Source: Camelus ferus
Lineage: Eukaryota
Reading direction: 5' to 3'
Assembly (NCBI RefSeq): GCF_009834535.1
Contig: NC_045729.1
Location: forward strand, 3,906,001-3,970,000
DNA: 64,000 nt
The position numbers were made by a program, and so were the translations under genes. Below are positions 23,761 to 35,400 of this stretch, piece by piece (within the stretch, counting starts at the first letter, position 1; every line of letters begins with the position of its first letter). Below the pieces are notes generated by a model. That model did no database searches. It saw nothing but the letters and a program-made list of their open reading frames with translations, and was not told the DNA's origin.

Positions 23761-24142
23761 CTAAAGACAATAGGATCCAAAATATCTACCCTCTGTTGCT
23801 GTATGAATGTACAGACCTGTGCACAGGAGTGAGGAGGAGCACGTGGGGCATGGGGAGGAGCAGCGAGCAAAAGGCAGAGGCGTGGACCAGCACGGTGCCC
23901 TCAGCAGCTGGACCAGAAGACACGATTGGCCAGGCTAACTATCTGTTACGAGGAAGACAATACCAGACTTCCAGGAAGGCAGGGAGGGAGACCAAATTTC
24001 ACTAACATTTTATGAATGCATTGCCACTGGCACTCTCTCTCAGCCCAGATGCCAGCTGGTCACACAAGATGCCAAAGGACTCTGAAAGGAGACCGGGAGT
24101 TCCACAGCCACGAGGTATTACAGTTTACACGCACCCATAAGT

Positions 24143-24166
24143 GGATGGATGGATGGATGGATGGAT
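24143..24166 (+). repeat. (GGAT)6 microsatellite
   Basis: Six perfect GGAT units. Confidence 0.97.
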
Positions 24167-24231
24167 CGACGATGGTATCATTCTAATTTAACCAAGCTGA
24201 CTCCCACAAAAATGGACAAATGGCTTAAAGT

Positions 24232-24297
24232 CACCATAGATGGATGATAACACCAGTAATGGAAGAACACCATGGATGGATGATGACACAAGTAATG
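24232..24297 (+). repeat. Imperfect 30-bp direct repeat, period 36
   Basis: caccatagatggatgataacaccagtaatg vs caccatggatggatgatgacacaagtaatg (27/30). Confidence 0.85.
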
Positions 24298-24679
24298 TAT
24301 ACACAACTGACACCAGAAATGGGAGAGTCTGCTACCTCTGCTTGTTCGAATCACACAATCCATACCGGGTCCCTGGTCCGTCTACAGTAAAGATGACACT
24401 GTCACAGCAAGAAATGTTTCCGAAAGAAACGTGTGCGTTTTGAAAATAAGAAATTTGAAAATATTTCCACTGTGGGTTTTTTTTTCCCCCAAATAATGTC
24501 ACATCCATAAAAATCTCTCCTATCTGCACTCTCTAAAAATGTGAACACAGAATTTTCTAATCTGTTCTTAAAATGTACAAAGTTAAGAGTTTGTACTTGT
24601 AAAGCCCTATTAAATATAGGAAATTGCCACATGTTCCCATTCTTTTTTTTTTTTTAATTAACATTAAAGAAGAACACAA

Positions 24680-24895
24680 TAGATACCATTTATTGATGAC
24701 TATTCTCAGGGCCTGATGTGTGTTAACATTCAATCTTCAACACTATCCCTGATGGAGAGACTATTGGTACTTCATTTCACAGATATAAAAACTGAGATAC
24801 ACAGAGATTAAGCAAATTTGCTAATCTAGTAAACAGCCAAGATAGGATTCCAGCCTAGGCACTTTAACCCCAGAAGGTCTGCTCTTCTTAACCCC
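24680..24895 (-). mobile_element. MIR
   Basis: catttattga...atttcacagatataaaaactgagatacacagagattaagcaaatttgc. Confidence 0.8.
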
Positions 24896-25039
24896 TCAGA
24901 AAACTACACTAGATTGCAATTTACTGGCTGATCTCAACCAAATTGCATGTCTCCCATGTGGATCTATATGTGCCTTATAAATTAACTTTTTCAATGATGA
25001 CAGCTTAAAAAATAATTATTTAAATAAAATGAACTTAGA

Positions 25040-25379
25040 AGCAGACCTTAAAATGACCGTATCACAAAGTGGAAACAGATTTCTTAAAATAAGGAAGCAT
25101 TTGCAATCACATTACTCTCACTAGAATTATCATTGAATGAAAGGGAAAAAGAGTCAAAAATTTTAAAAATTGAGAGTATTTATTACAGTTTTTAACACCA
25201 TTAATAAATATCACATTATTTTAAAACATTTTTATATCCTTTTAATTCCTACATTTGAGTTTAAAATATTTAATATATTTGTGCAATGTGTATATTATTT
25301 ATAATAAATATACATAGACAGGAGGAGACGCTCACAAATTAGTGGCAGCAGTACCCTAACAGAAAGTCTGAGACCACTG
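25040..25379 (+). mobile_element. hAT-Charlie (Charlie1-like) 3' end
   Basis: AT-rich body ending aataaatatacatag...cgctcacaaatt...aaagtctgagaccactg, a typical Charlie terminus. Confidence 0.7.
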
Positions 25380-25384
25380 CAGAC

Positions 25385-26130
25385 GACTTTAAAGCAGGAG
25401 AAAAACACAATCAAATTTCATTTCAAGAAGTTCATCCTGGAGACAGCATCAGAGGATGAATCTGGAGGCAGGGGATGCAATTATGGTTTCTGAAAATGTG
25501 AGCTAGCAGAGAGAACAGAGGGAAGAGGAAGGCTGGGTAAAGCTCTAGGAGATTTATGGAGGCACGGAGGAGCGCAAGTCAGCGATGGCGCTGCGGTTTC
25601 CGACTCATGGCGACAGAGAATCAGAAGAGAATATAAAACAAAGTGTGTGTGTTTTGAGTGGGGGGTAGGGGATGGAATTTGGATTGCATTGAGACTGCAA
25701 TGCTCACGGAATCACAGGGTGAATGCACACAGTGCTGTGGGGAAAACAGGTCTGGAGAGTTCAGGATGGAGCCCTGGGATCATTCATGGTTGCGCTTCAT
25801 CAGGTTCTAAGTGGTGACTGACAGGATGGGTTTTGGTAAGTGCACTGGGGGAGGATACCTAGACAGAAGGGGGCCAGCAAGGAAGGAACCACAAGAACCA
25901 GTGGTAAGGAAGGAAGGGAGGAAGGAGGGAGGAAAGGAGGGAGGGAGGATGAAAAGAAGTGATGGGACTGGGACATGGGAGAGGCCCCAGAGAGGGGGGA
26001 ATGAGAGTGAGAGACCATGCAGAAGGCTAGGGGCGGGGGGTTGGGTAGCTATTGTGACCACCGGTGGGGGAGGAACATCCGGCATCACATGTGCTTCCCG
26101 AGCACAGTGAAGCCCCTGGGCTACCACTCC
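25385..26130 (-). mobile_element. L2 fragment with internal (GGAA/GGAG)n at about 25906-25949
   Basis: gactttaaagcaggagaaaaacacaatcaaatttcatttcaagaag... and purine-rich L2 antisense texture. Confidence 0.65.
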
Positions 26131-26764
26131 TCCCCCTTACACGTTTAGGAAGTTGAAAGACAGGAGCTTGGTAAAGAAAGGCATGATCCTGGCAGCTTTA
26201 TATTCTGCACAAACGCGTGAGGAAGCACAGTCAACAGTCAGGATCGAGCTATCGTAAACCACTTATTACTAGGGATAAAAAAAACAGTGTCCTCATAAAC
26301 TTTGATTTTTAATAGTCAATTAATAAAAACAAATACTTTCCAAGATAAGAACAAAACCTACCCAGAAAACATGAGAAAAATAACTTGTGATACTGCTCTT
26401 GCTAAATGTGCTCAGCTGCCCATCCAGCCGTGAGGGACCACCCCTCTTTCCCATCAGACCCTGAAGGCCCTCCTGCACGATGTGAGTCTGGGCTGGGCTT
26501 TGGCTTTTTGATGTAACCATGGATCTGTTCAGTGTCCTCTCTTAAGAAGAAATAAAAGCTAGATTAAAGGCAAATTTTACTATTTTTCCAATGTCCTTAA
26601 ATTTTTTTTTTTTAGTCTGGAGTCTCTCCATAATGATAAAGACACAAACTTTATCTTGGGTTTGAATCAGTGTCTGATTCTACTTGGTCTGAATACTGAC
26701 TTCATGAAGAAGGCTAAACAACCCTCTTGGACTTAGTACCATAAGTTGAATTATCAGCTTACTT

Positions 26765-27420
26765 TTTTGCCAAAATTTTTATTACAGAAAATTTCAAAGA
26801 CACACGGGCATAGTAGATTAATACAATGGGTGCCCTGCACCCACCACCAGCTAACAATCACTACCCTCAGAGGATCTGTTCCATCTACACCCTCTCCACC
26901 CACACCCCTATACTATCTTGAAGCAAGTCCCAGAAATCCTAACATTTCTTCTATGAGTATGACAGTAAATCTCTCTAAAAGATACTATAACTATAAAACT
27001 ATTACCATACCCTCCCAAAATTTGCAATAATCATTGTTAGCAAGAGGAATTTCTATTTCAATACCACATTTCCAGTTAATCATATTTCCAATTGTCTCAT
27101 AAAAATCATATTGTAAAACACCATTTCTTTGTTTGCATCAGGATCTCCTCAAGGTCCACCATGGTGGTTGGTTGATAGGTCTGTATTTGGGGGGCTCATT
27201 TTTCCAAAGACTATTTTTTAAGAGCTCTTTTAGGTTTACAACAAAATTGAGAGGAAGGTACCGAGACTTCCCATGAAAATTTCCTCAGAATTTTTTAATC
27301 TATAGCTATCCCCTCTTTCCCTCTCTTCTTCCTCCTTGCAAGTCATTTCTTGAAGAAACTGGGTTGTCTCCCATGGAGAGCAGCCCACAGCCTGACTGTA
27401 TTCCCAGGTACAATTAACAC
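26765..27420 (-). mobile_element. Ancient L1MC 3' end, with a short L1MA/MB piece at about 27200-27280
   Basis: tttattacagaaaatttcaaagacac...gaagcaagtcccagaaatcc; ttttaggtttacaacaaaattgagaggaaggtaccgagacttccc. Confidence 0.75.
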
Positions 27421-27574
27421 GTTCTAGCTCACATATAATATTCAGGTTGGTTAATTTTTTTCCTGCCCCTTGTTGGTAAGAGAGGGAGACAGATCATGGT
27501 ACGCTGAACAAAACTAGCATGCCTTTCTATTCTGCTGACATTAAGTAATATGGAAAACAAACTGAGGGCTAGTT

Positions 27575-27800
27575 TTCAAGAACTCCAGAGCAAGCAGTTT
27601 GGGTTGAAACCCAGCTCCACCACTCTCCAGCTGTGTGGTCTTTAACCGGCTTACTTAACGTCTCTGTGCTTCAGGGTCTTTATCCACAAAATGGAGATTA
27701 ATACTTCACACCTACTGTGTGAGAATGCATTGAGATCATTCAGAAAAAGAGCTTGGCACACAGTTAGCTCCCCCCCACCCAAAAGCTGTCATTATTATCC
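27575..27800 (+). mobile_element. MIR
   Basis: gggttgaaacccagctccaccact...cttacttaacgtctctgtgcttcagg...aaaatggagattaata. Confidence 0.85.
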
Positions 27801-28219
27801 TTTTAAAATCATGACGATCCCTAATCAAAAGGGAAAGCCTCTTCCTCAAAACTAAAGCTCCACCTTGGGGTGCCACCTCTTTTCTTCCCCCAAGTGACTA
27901 CTCTGAATTGTTGCACTTTCGCCAATTTCTGTCTATAATGGTACTTCTGAACAAAAACTACCCCCGCTGTGTGATAATGCATCTTCCATACTTTGCAAAC
28001 AGCAGGCGGGATCAGCTGTCCTTTTACAGTCACAGAATTAATCTCCTGGCCTGTTTAGGAAGCATTCAAGTGAGGGACAGCAATTTTTGTTCCCTTTGAC
28101 TAAGAGCCTACCATGTGCCAAGCGTGACATTTAGCAGAGACACTTGATGAATTCCTATCTGCTGGGTGTCGGGGTCGGGGGAATCCAGTGGTCTATGTTT
28201 TAATTGTTAATAACCCGAA

Positions 28220-30330
28220 AGTTCTCATTTTAAATATGTATTCAGTACCTACCGCTGGGCGACAGGCTGCAGGGAGTGAATATTTAACAATAAGGCACAG
28301 TCTCTAAAAAAGAAGTTTATCGTCCATTAGGAGAGAGAGAGGTACACTGATGATTCATTATGCAGCATAACATAAGATGCCATGAGAGGGGCAGGTGAAG
28401 TGGTGGGAAAAATAACTCAGAGCTAAGAGTAGTTATGGGGAGCTATTTAAAGTGTGGGTAAACCTTTAACGGAAAAAAATATGAAAACAAATATATGTAT
28501 GTATATGCATGACTGGGACACTGTGCGTACCTCACTGTACTGATTGTACTTCAATTTAAAAAATTCAAAAAAATATAAAGTATGGGTAGGATGAAAGTTT
28601 GAACAATATACAGAATTTAAGAACACCACAGGAAGGTAAAAGAAACAAGAAGAAAGAGAATTTCAGACTGAGGGAGCAGGAGCCTGGGGCTAAAGTGTGT
28701 GTTTGGGGGGGGGGGTTGTCCAGAGAATGGCAGTAGGTCTGGTGGGATGGAGCGTGGGACATGAGAAAGGACAGTGAAAGAGGTGGCCAGATTCTAAAAG
28801 CCTTTGATGAGTGGTGGTAAAGAAGTTGGACTAGATTTGGTAAGTCATTGAGAGGGTTTGAGGTTTTCTGAGCCCATGAGTGGCATGCTCGGAGCTGTGT
28901 TTTATACAAGCTAATACGGACGCATGGAGGTGGGGGAGACCACCTGTACCCTAAGCAAGGCCCTCTGAATCATGGCAGAGAAGGGAAGACACAAGTATCA
29001 GCTATATTTTGGAGGGAAGAAACATGACTTGGTAACTGAATGAGAAGAGGTGAAGGAGAATCCAAAGACAGCTCCAAAATTTTGAACCTAAATGTCCAGA
29101 AAAAACAACGGTGCCATTAACACAAATATAAGCTGGTTCAAAGAGCTGGAGTGGGGAGAGAGGTGATGTGATAAACCCCACAGGAACGCGCTGAATTTTC
29201 ACGTACGGCAGAACACACACAGCAGGCCGCCAGGACCAACAGGGCACATGCAGAGAGGGCCAGTGAGGAACCTGGGAGCAATGAGTTTAGAACGAAGCAG
29301 GCTGGGTTAGTGACAACGGAGGGAGAAGTGGTGCGCAGAGAACCATCAGCCTAGCACAGATCACAGGATCCAAAGGAGGGAAGCGCTTCAGAAGAGTCAC
29401 GAAGACAGAGGACAGATGGTAGAGGTTAAAGCTGGGACACAAAGGCAATGAATGCAGCCCCTGGCTCAACAAACGCGAAAGAATAAAGGAGGGGACACAG
29501 GCCAGAGCACCAAAGGAAGAGGTATTCATTTTTTGGGAAGGGGGACCGTCTGACTGTTTTTTGCAGATCAAGGGTGATGGGGAGGGAAAAACACCTGAGA
29601 TGGGAAAGGAAACGCGTGACCGTGGGGACCAAGGAACAGAGGCAAATGCAAAGACAGAAATCCGTGAAGGTGAAGAAGGAAAGTGAAGCTTGAAAGTCAA
29701 GATGACCAGCTGTCAGATCTGTCTCGTTGGCCTTTGTCAAGTTTCAAAAAAAAATGATTCTAACTTATAGAGAGAAAATGAGACATTTGATTTTTCTAAA
29801 GAAAACAGAAGATGGGCAACACCGGGCCAAGCTCCCACGGGACAGCTGCTGCTGCCCGAGCCGAGACACGGGTGGTATCACCGTCCCCTTTCATTTCGGT
29901 CATTTCCACACGGTCTCTGTTGGCAGATGAGTTTGTGACCCCTGACTTAGATCTTTTTCATTGAAAAAAGAGGGATGATGTCATCCTGAGAGTGAGGACT
30001 GTAGACTGAGACTTGAAAACTTGGAAAAGCTGTAGTAATAGTCACTGGAGGAAATGGGTTAGAAGTCAAAAGGAGATGACTAATCAAAGGATCGCTGTCT
30101 GTCGGTCCTCTGAAGAGAGAGGGGACTCAGCATTCTGCCTGACAAGTGCCCTGCAGCCTGGACGCTGAGGTCACAGGGCAGCCGTGGCATAAGACAGGAA
30201 GACAAAGGATTCTAGGTGATGCAGGACCTGAGTGCAGAGACTGGCCCGCACCTGCCCTTGATGGAGGGTCCGAAGGGGCTGGTGTCCTGGGAAAATTTAG
30301 AAGAGACATCGTAGGAACAAACTGCCAACC
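28220..30330 (-). mobile_element. Long degraded L2, split by an L1 tail
   Basis: Multiple antisense L2 motifs (tattcagtacctacc; gaaggagaatccaaagacagctccaaaattttgaacc...ggtgccattaac; cactggaggaaatgggttag); boundaries approximate. Confidence 0.7.
28461..28575 (+). mobile_element. Short L1 3' tail
   Basis: aacctttaacggaaaaaaatatgaaaac...atgactgggacactgtgc; 13-bp TSD taaagtgtgggta (28448-28460) / taaagtatgggta (28576-28588). Confidence 0.92.
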
Positions 30331-30999
30331 AGGAGGATGGAGGGAGGGAGAGAAGAAGGTGGGAGAGGCCTGGAAGGCAAGATAAAAAGGGGTTTTCCTG
30401 GAATTTTTCTGGCAGGAACTTGGAAGTACCATCTTATTGTATTAAAATATTAGTGGATAGACACACATCAAAGGCCAAATGGAAGCACTGGGAGACTCTG
30501 GGAGGAAAGTAAAATTAGTACAAAAGAGAAAAGTTAGTCCTGCAAAACTTTACCTTTAGTGTCTCTTCGTGTTCTTGGTATTCGACTCCTGGAAATCCAC
30601 TAGATTAGCTTTTCTTTTAAAGAAAAAAAGTGAAAATAAAACCGGATATGGTAAATCATGATAAATTTAATTCAGAGAATTGTGTTTTTGTGAAATGAGC
30701 CACGTGAATGTTAAAGATAACTATTTTTCAACTACACGCTTGACTTCCTTTCAAATATCCTTAACTACAATTTTCGAGATAAAAAGTACACTCATTCTTT
30801 GTTCTTATACGCAGAGAGTTGTATACATTATCTCGAGTGAAGAAGAAAGGAGATCAAATGTTCCAAGTTCGGAAGGTTCTCAATGCCCCACACAGCACAT
30901 GCGCGCACAAAGGGAAGGGACCCGGGGTTCACACCCACTGCCCAGTGCCTGAATCTTTGGGGGCTACATATTCCCTAAGTCTCTTTATGTTGAAAAGAA

Positions 31000-31190
31000 A
31001 CACGTACACACAAAACAAAATGACATATTAAATGCAGAGAGTGATTCTACAAGGTTACACCGCGACTGGCAGCCTGGCCAAGGGAGTCAGGATGGGGGAG
31101 ATTAAGGTTTCCATTTTTCAATACTATGATATTATTTGAGAGTCACAATGAGTACATATTGCTTTTGTAACTTAAGAATGATTATGAGTT
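31000..31190 (+). mobile_element. Ancient L1ME 3' end (copy A)
   Basis: aaggttacacc...gggggagattaagg...acaatgagtacatattgcttttgtaac resembles an L1ME terminus. Confidence 0.55.
31109..31179 (+). repeat. 71-bp direct repeat, copy 1 (copy 2 at 32268-32338)
   Basis: 70/71 identical; single difference a31148 vs c32307. Confidence 0.97.
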
Positions 31191-31810
31191 ATTTGTTTTT
31201 ACCATGGGAATGTACTCATAATTTCAAAAAAGGTTTTAATTAAACATTAATAAAATGATGCTAAAGTAACCTTTCTAATTATCAAAGAAATATACTTTAA
31301 AATGAGACCATTTATTTCATATCAAACCAAAAAAGACTGGTGAGGCAAAATACCTGTAAAGGGCGTGGGGAGGACAACAGGAAATTTAACAGTGTGGTTG
31401 TGGCTGTTTTTCTCTGAATAGATGATGCATGCCCCTGGCACAAAATTTAAAAGGTACAAAAGATCTTAGTTCTAAAAACCAAGTCTTCTTCCCTCTCCTA
31501 TGCCCCAAACACCAGTTCCTCTCCTTGGAATAAACTACCGTGGGCGTCCTTCAAAGAGTCTCCTGCGTCATGTGTGGACTATATAAATCAATACACTTCA
31601 TCCAATGAAAGTTTAGCAGCCATCTACTGAAATACACATGCCTTGTTACCTCGCAACTCTACGCGCAGGCTTAGAAAAAATGATCCATGAACCTCGATGC
31701 TCACTGCAACATTTTAGAGATAAAGAATAATTGGAAACTGCGTAAGTATAAGTAAGTACCTATCCAACAGAACATTGCATGGTCCTTATAAAACCTGAGA
31801 GAGCTATACA

Positions 31811-32029
31811 CTGTTGACCCTTGGGGGTGGGGTGCGGTAGGGGGTTAGCGGAACCGATTCTCTGCACATTAGACAATCTGAGTATAACTCAAGTTGGCCC
31901 TCAGTATCTGCAGTTCTGCATCCAAAGATTCAACCAACAATGGATCGTGTAGTACTCCTGTACGTATATAAAAATCTGAGTATAAGTGGACTCATACAGT
32001 TCAAACCCACGTTATTCAAGGGTTAACTG
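31811..32029 (+). mobile_element. MER8 (TcMar-Tigger MITE)
   Basis: TIRs ctgttgaccctt / aagggttaactg (10/12 complementary); body gattcaaccaacaatggatcgtgtagtact...agttcaaacccacgttattcaaggg. Confidence 0.9.
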
Positions 32030-32267
32030 TTAGGCTGATACGGAAGGATGTTTCATAACACACTGGGGAGGAAAAAGAAGGAAGCTGCCAAACACCGTAA
32101 CAGTGTGATAGCGTTTTTGTAAGCCAACAGAAAAATTCTAGATATGCATACCGGTGTGTAGGAATGCTGCACATATAAACATTCAAGCAATTTGTAATTT
32201 GTGCTAATTAGAAATTAATTAGGGGATTAGAAATGGAAAAGAAATAGAGGAAAGAACAGGGGAAGGA

Positions 32268-32338
32268 TTCCATTTTTCAATACTATGATATTATTTGAGA
32301 GTCACACTGAGTACATATTGCTTTTGTAACTTAAGAAT
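32268..32338 (+). repeat. 71-bp direct repeat, copy 2
   Basis: ttccatttttcaatactatgatattatttgagagtcacactgagtacatattgcttttgtaacttaagaat. Confidence 0.97.
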
Positions 32339-33168
32339 TTTAAGAATTAAGTTTTTAAAAAAAGAAGCTAATAGAAATCAGTATTACATGAGTGAAAGCC
32401 AACATCTGTAAAAATATTATGCACGCATGTTATTAAAAAGACTAAGATATGACAGGTACAGATTTAACATTCAAGAGCTGCCCCAAAGGCCCAGGTGTGA
32501 ACTAAGGCGTGGTTACACTGAAGGACGAACGGGAGTCACGCAGGCTGAGGGATGCTAGACCCAGAGTCCCACAGCTGGGGAGCGAAGCCAGAAGGGCCCA
32601 GTCATCCAAAAAATGCAAGTTTCTGTCTCTTCTTACTGACCCAAACTCAAAAACTTTCATAAAGTGATTGAAAATACTGAGATTGGACGAAGAAAGGTGA
32701 TAACAGTCAAGGAAAGAAAGAGAGCTAAGAAATAAAAAGTATTCTAAATCTGGGAATTCTAGAAGATGTCTAGAAAGATTCCTCAGGTCCACTTTCTAAA
32801 TTTCAGCCAGAAGCCAAAACCTCCTTCCGGAGAAGCTGGGCATAAACTACAGAAGATAAACTTTAATCCAAGAACAGATAGTACGTTCTGAGGAAGTGCC
32901 GTGGTGAGCACGTGGAGGGAAAGGGCAGGGATGCATTCGCGTCCCTCCATCTCCAGTGCTGATCGAGGGAAAAGATGCATTCACTGATTCCCTGCAAGTT
33001 TCCCAGCCCTCCCAGCAGATAAACCTCTCTTGGAAAGGCGAAAACTCCCCAAGGCCATGTTCATTCAGAAACACTACAGCTGACATCAGGAAATGGCTTT
33101 TTACAGCAACTAGGCCCCAAAACACGTCCAATATCCATCAACCTTATTTCTCAAACTCAGGGGACTCA

Positions 33169-33756
33169 TTTATTAGTGTTTGATGGCTGCCACGACAAAT
33201 GACTACATCCCGAAACAACACCCATGTATCATCACACAGCTTCCCGTGGGTCAGAAGTCTGGGCAGAGCGTGGCTCTCCGTGGCTGTCTGCACCCAGTTT
33301 CACAGGCAGAAATCAATGTGGTGGCAGGGCTGTGGTCCTTTCTGGAAGCTCGGTGCATGAGCTCATTCAGATCGTGGGCAGAATTCATTCCGTGCGGCTG
33401 CAGGATTGGGGCCCCCATTTCCTCCCCGGCTGTGGGCCAGAGATCACTCTCCACTTCTAAAGACCACTTGGCTGGTAGCCTCCTTCAGAGTCAGCAGTGG
33501 CGGGTCAAGTCCCTCTCAGCTGCCCTTCTGGGTCCCCTCCCCTTCCACCCCATCTCTGAGTCTTTAAAAAAGGCTTATGCGTTAATTACTTAGAGTTTGC
33601 CCACCTGGATAATCGAGGCCACCGTCCCTATGTTAAGGTCAGCTGATTACTAACATTACTCGAAGTTCCTTCACAGCAGTACCTACATGAGTGTTCGATT
33701 TAACAACCAGACGACAGGAATCCTGGGGGAACATCTTCAGAATGATGCCTACCACG
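33169..33756 (-). mobile_element. ERVL-MaLR solo LTR (MLT1E-G-like)
   Basis: tattagtg...ggctgccacgacaaatgactac...gtgggtcagaagtctggg...tgcctaccac, reverse MLT1 pattern; about 590 bp. Confidence 0.88.
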
Positions 33757-33839
33757 TTCATTTATATTCTGAGGTTAAAAAAAAATGATGATGCAAGTAT
33801 TCCAACCTACCTGGATTTTTCAGAGTATAGTAACAAACC

Positions 33840-34010
33840 GGCACTGCCTTTGCATGAGTTATTTCGATTAAACGCACAAACAGCTCTGCTAAATATCACA
33901 GCTATCTTTATAACCAACAAAACTACAACTCAGAAGTTAAATAACTTGCCTGAGGACACGAGAGTCAGAATTAAGCCCGATTTTAGGAGTCTAAAAAGCC
34001 CACTGCCTCT
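33840..34010 (-). mobile_element. MIR
   Basis: cagaagttaaataacttgcctgaggacac. Confidence 0.6.
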
Positions 34011-34384
34011 ACTATTTCTGAAAACAGGGCACAATTATGACTTTAAAAAAAGAATGGCTTAGTAATGTAACAGTAACAGTAACGGGAGTAAGTAATATTG
34101 ATGTTGAAAGTGGAGGGGGAGAAAACCCAACAGCAATTAGCAACTAATTGGTTCTGTATATTAAAGGTGAAGGAAAAAATCAAATCAAAGCCAACCACCA
34201 TGTGAAGGACAAACTGAGGTTAACACATCATGTAGATCCAAAGAAACCTGTAATTTCTACCAAGAGGGTGTGGAAGACAATTTACATAACCAAAAGTCCT
34301 AGTAATTTTGAAAATTATAAAATAGTCATACAATGGAATACTAGTCCTAATGCTAAGCAGGCTACAAAATCCCATGTATAATAC

Positions 34385-34411
34385 TGTGCGTGTATGTGTG
34401 CACACACACAC
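34385..34411. repeat. 27-bp perfect purine/pyrimidine alternation, (TG)n then (CA)n
   Basis: tgtgcgtgtatgtgtgcacacacacac. Confidence 0.9.
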
Positions 34412-34990
34412 TCTCATTTATTTCCTGTATTCAGATAATATTTATAGAGAATCTCCTATGTGCCAGACACTTGTCTAGTTGCTAGGGATATAGCAATAAA
34501 CAATACAAAGTCCTTGCCTAGAAACAGCAAATAAATAAGTAAACCAATGAAAATATAAGAGATAGTGACAATACCACGGAGAATAAAGTGGAGTAAGGAA
34601 ACAGAGAACTCAGAGAGGAGGGTTGCTATTTTATATGAGCTGGTCAGGGAAGGTGACTCTGATAAGGTGACAGCAGAACTCAGCCCCCTGAAGGATGCAA
34701 GCCATGAAGTTCTCTGTAGGGAAGCATTATAAGTAGAGGGAACAGCAGGTGCAAATGCCCTGGGGCAGGAGTGTGCTCAGAGAACTAAAGGAAGAGACTG
34801 GAGAAAGTTGTAGCTGCAACAAAGTAAACAAGGTGGGAAGAAGCAGGGGGAGAGGTCAGAGGAGTTACAGAAGTCGTGGGCGGGAGATGACAATGGACTT
34901 TTGTACCATTTGAAAGACTTTGGGTGGGATTTCCTTCTGAGGGAAATGGGAAACCAACAGAGGGTTCTGCGTTCAAAAAAAATGATACAG
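34412..34990 (-). mobile_element. L2a 3' fragment
   Basis: aatatttatagagaatctcctatgtgccagacac...ggtcagggaaggtgactctgataaggtgaca...gagggaacagcaggtgcaaatgccctggggcaggag. Confidence 0.9.
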
Positions 34991-35149
34991 TTTATCCATA
35001 AATGAAGAACTGAAGTTCAAAACACCAAATCCAGCGATAATTACCTCTTTATGATGAGATGATTATTTATGAACGTTTGTTTTCCAGTTTTACTTATTGT
35101 TTAAAAGAAAAGTTCTGGTGCACAGAATCTCAAGGGCACAGAAGTGAAC

Positions 35150-35400
35150 TAAGAGTAGTGCTGGGGGGACGGGGTTAGACTCATGGGCTCTGGATCAGGA
35201 GGGCTGGATCTGGTTTGCTCACTTTGTGTCCATTTGGTTTCCCCAACGTCTGTCAACCTCAGTACACTTTGCTTGAAATGAAGGTAATAATACCCACCTC
35301 ATCTGGCTGTTTTGTTGGAAGGAAAGCGCTTGAACAGTACTGAGCTCATAAGAAAAGCCCCCAAGGTGGCATCTGTTAGTGTCACCTCCAAGCACAGACT
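35150..35400 (+). mobile_element. MIR
   Basis: catgggctctggatcaggagggctgg...gaaatgaaggtaataatacccacctc. Confidence 0.65.

Larger units (their letters stand above)
31650..32350 (+). mobile_element. Ancient L1ME fragment (copy B) split by MER8
   Basis: gatgctcactgcaacattttagagataaagaataattggaaac...gagagagctatac|MER8|gctgatacggaaggatgtttcataacac. Confidence 0.65.

Noticed and set aside
24232-24316. CRISPR-like repeat-spacer pattern
   Set aside because: Only two imperfect repeats with a 6-bp spacer, in mammalian DNA, with no cas genes.
33180-33593. 137-aa ORF
   Set aside because: Lies entirely within the MLT1 LTR; no protein similarity recognised.
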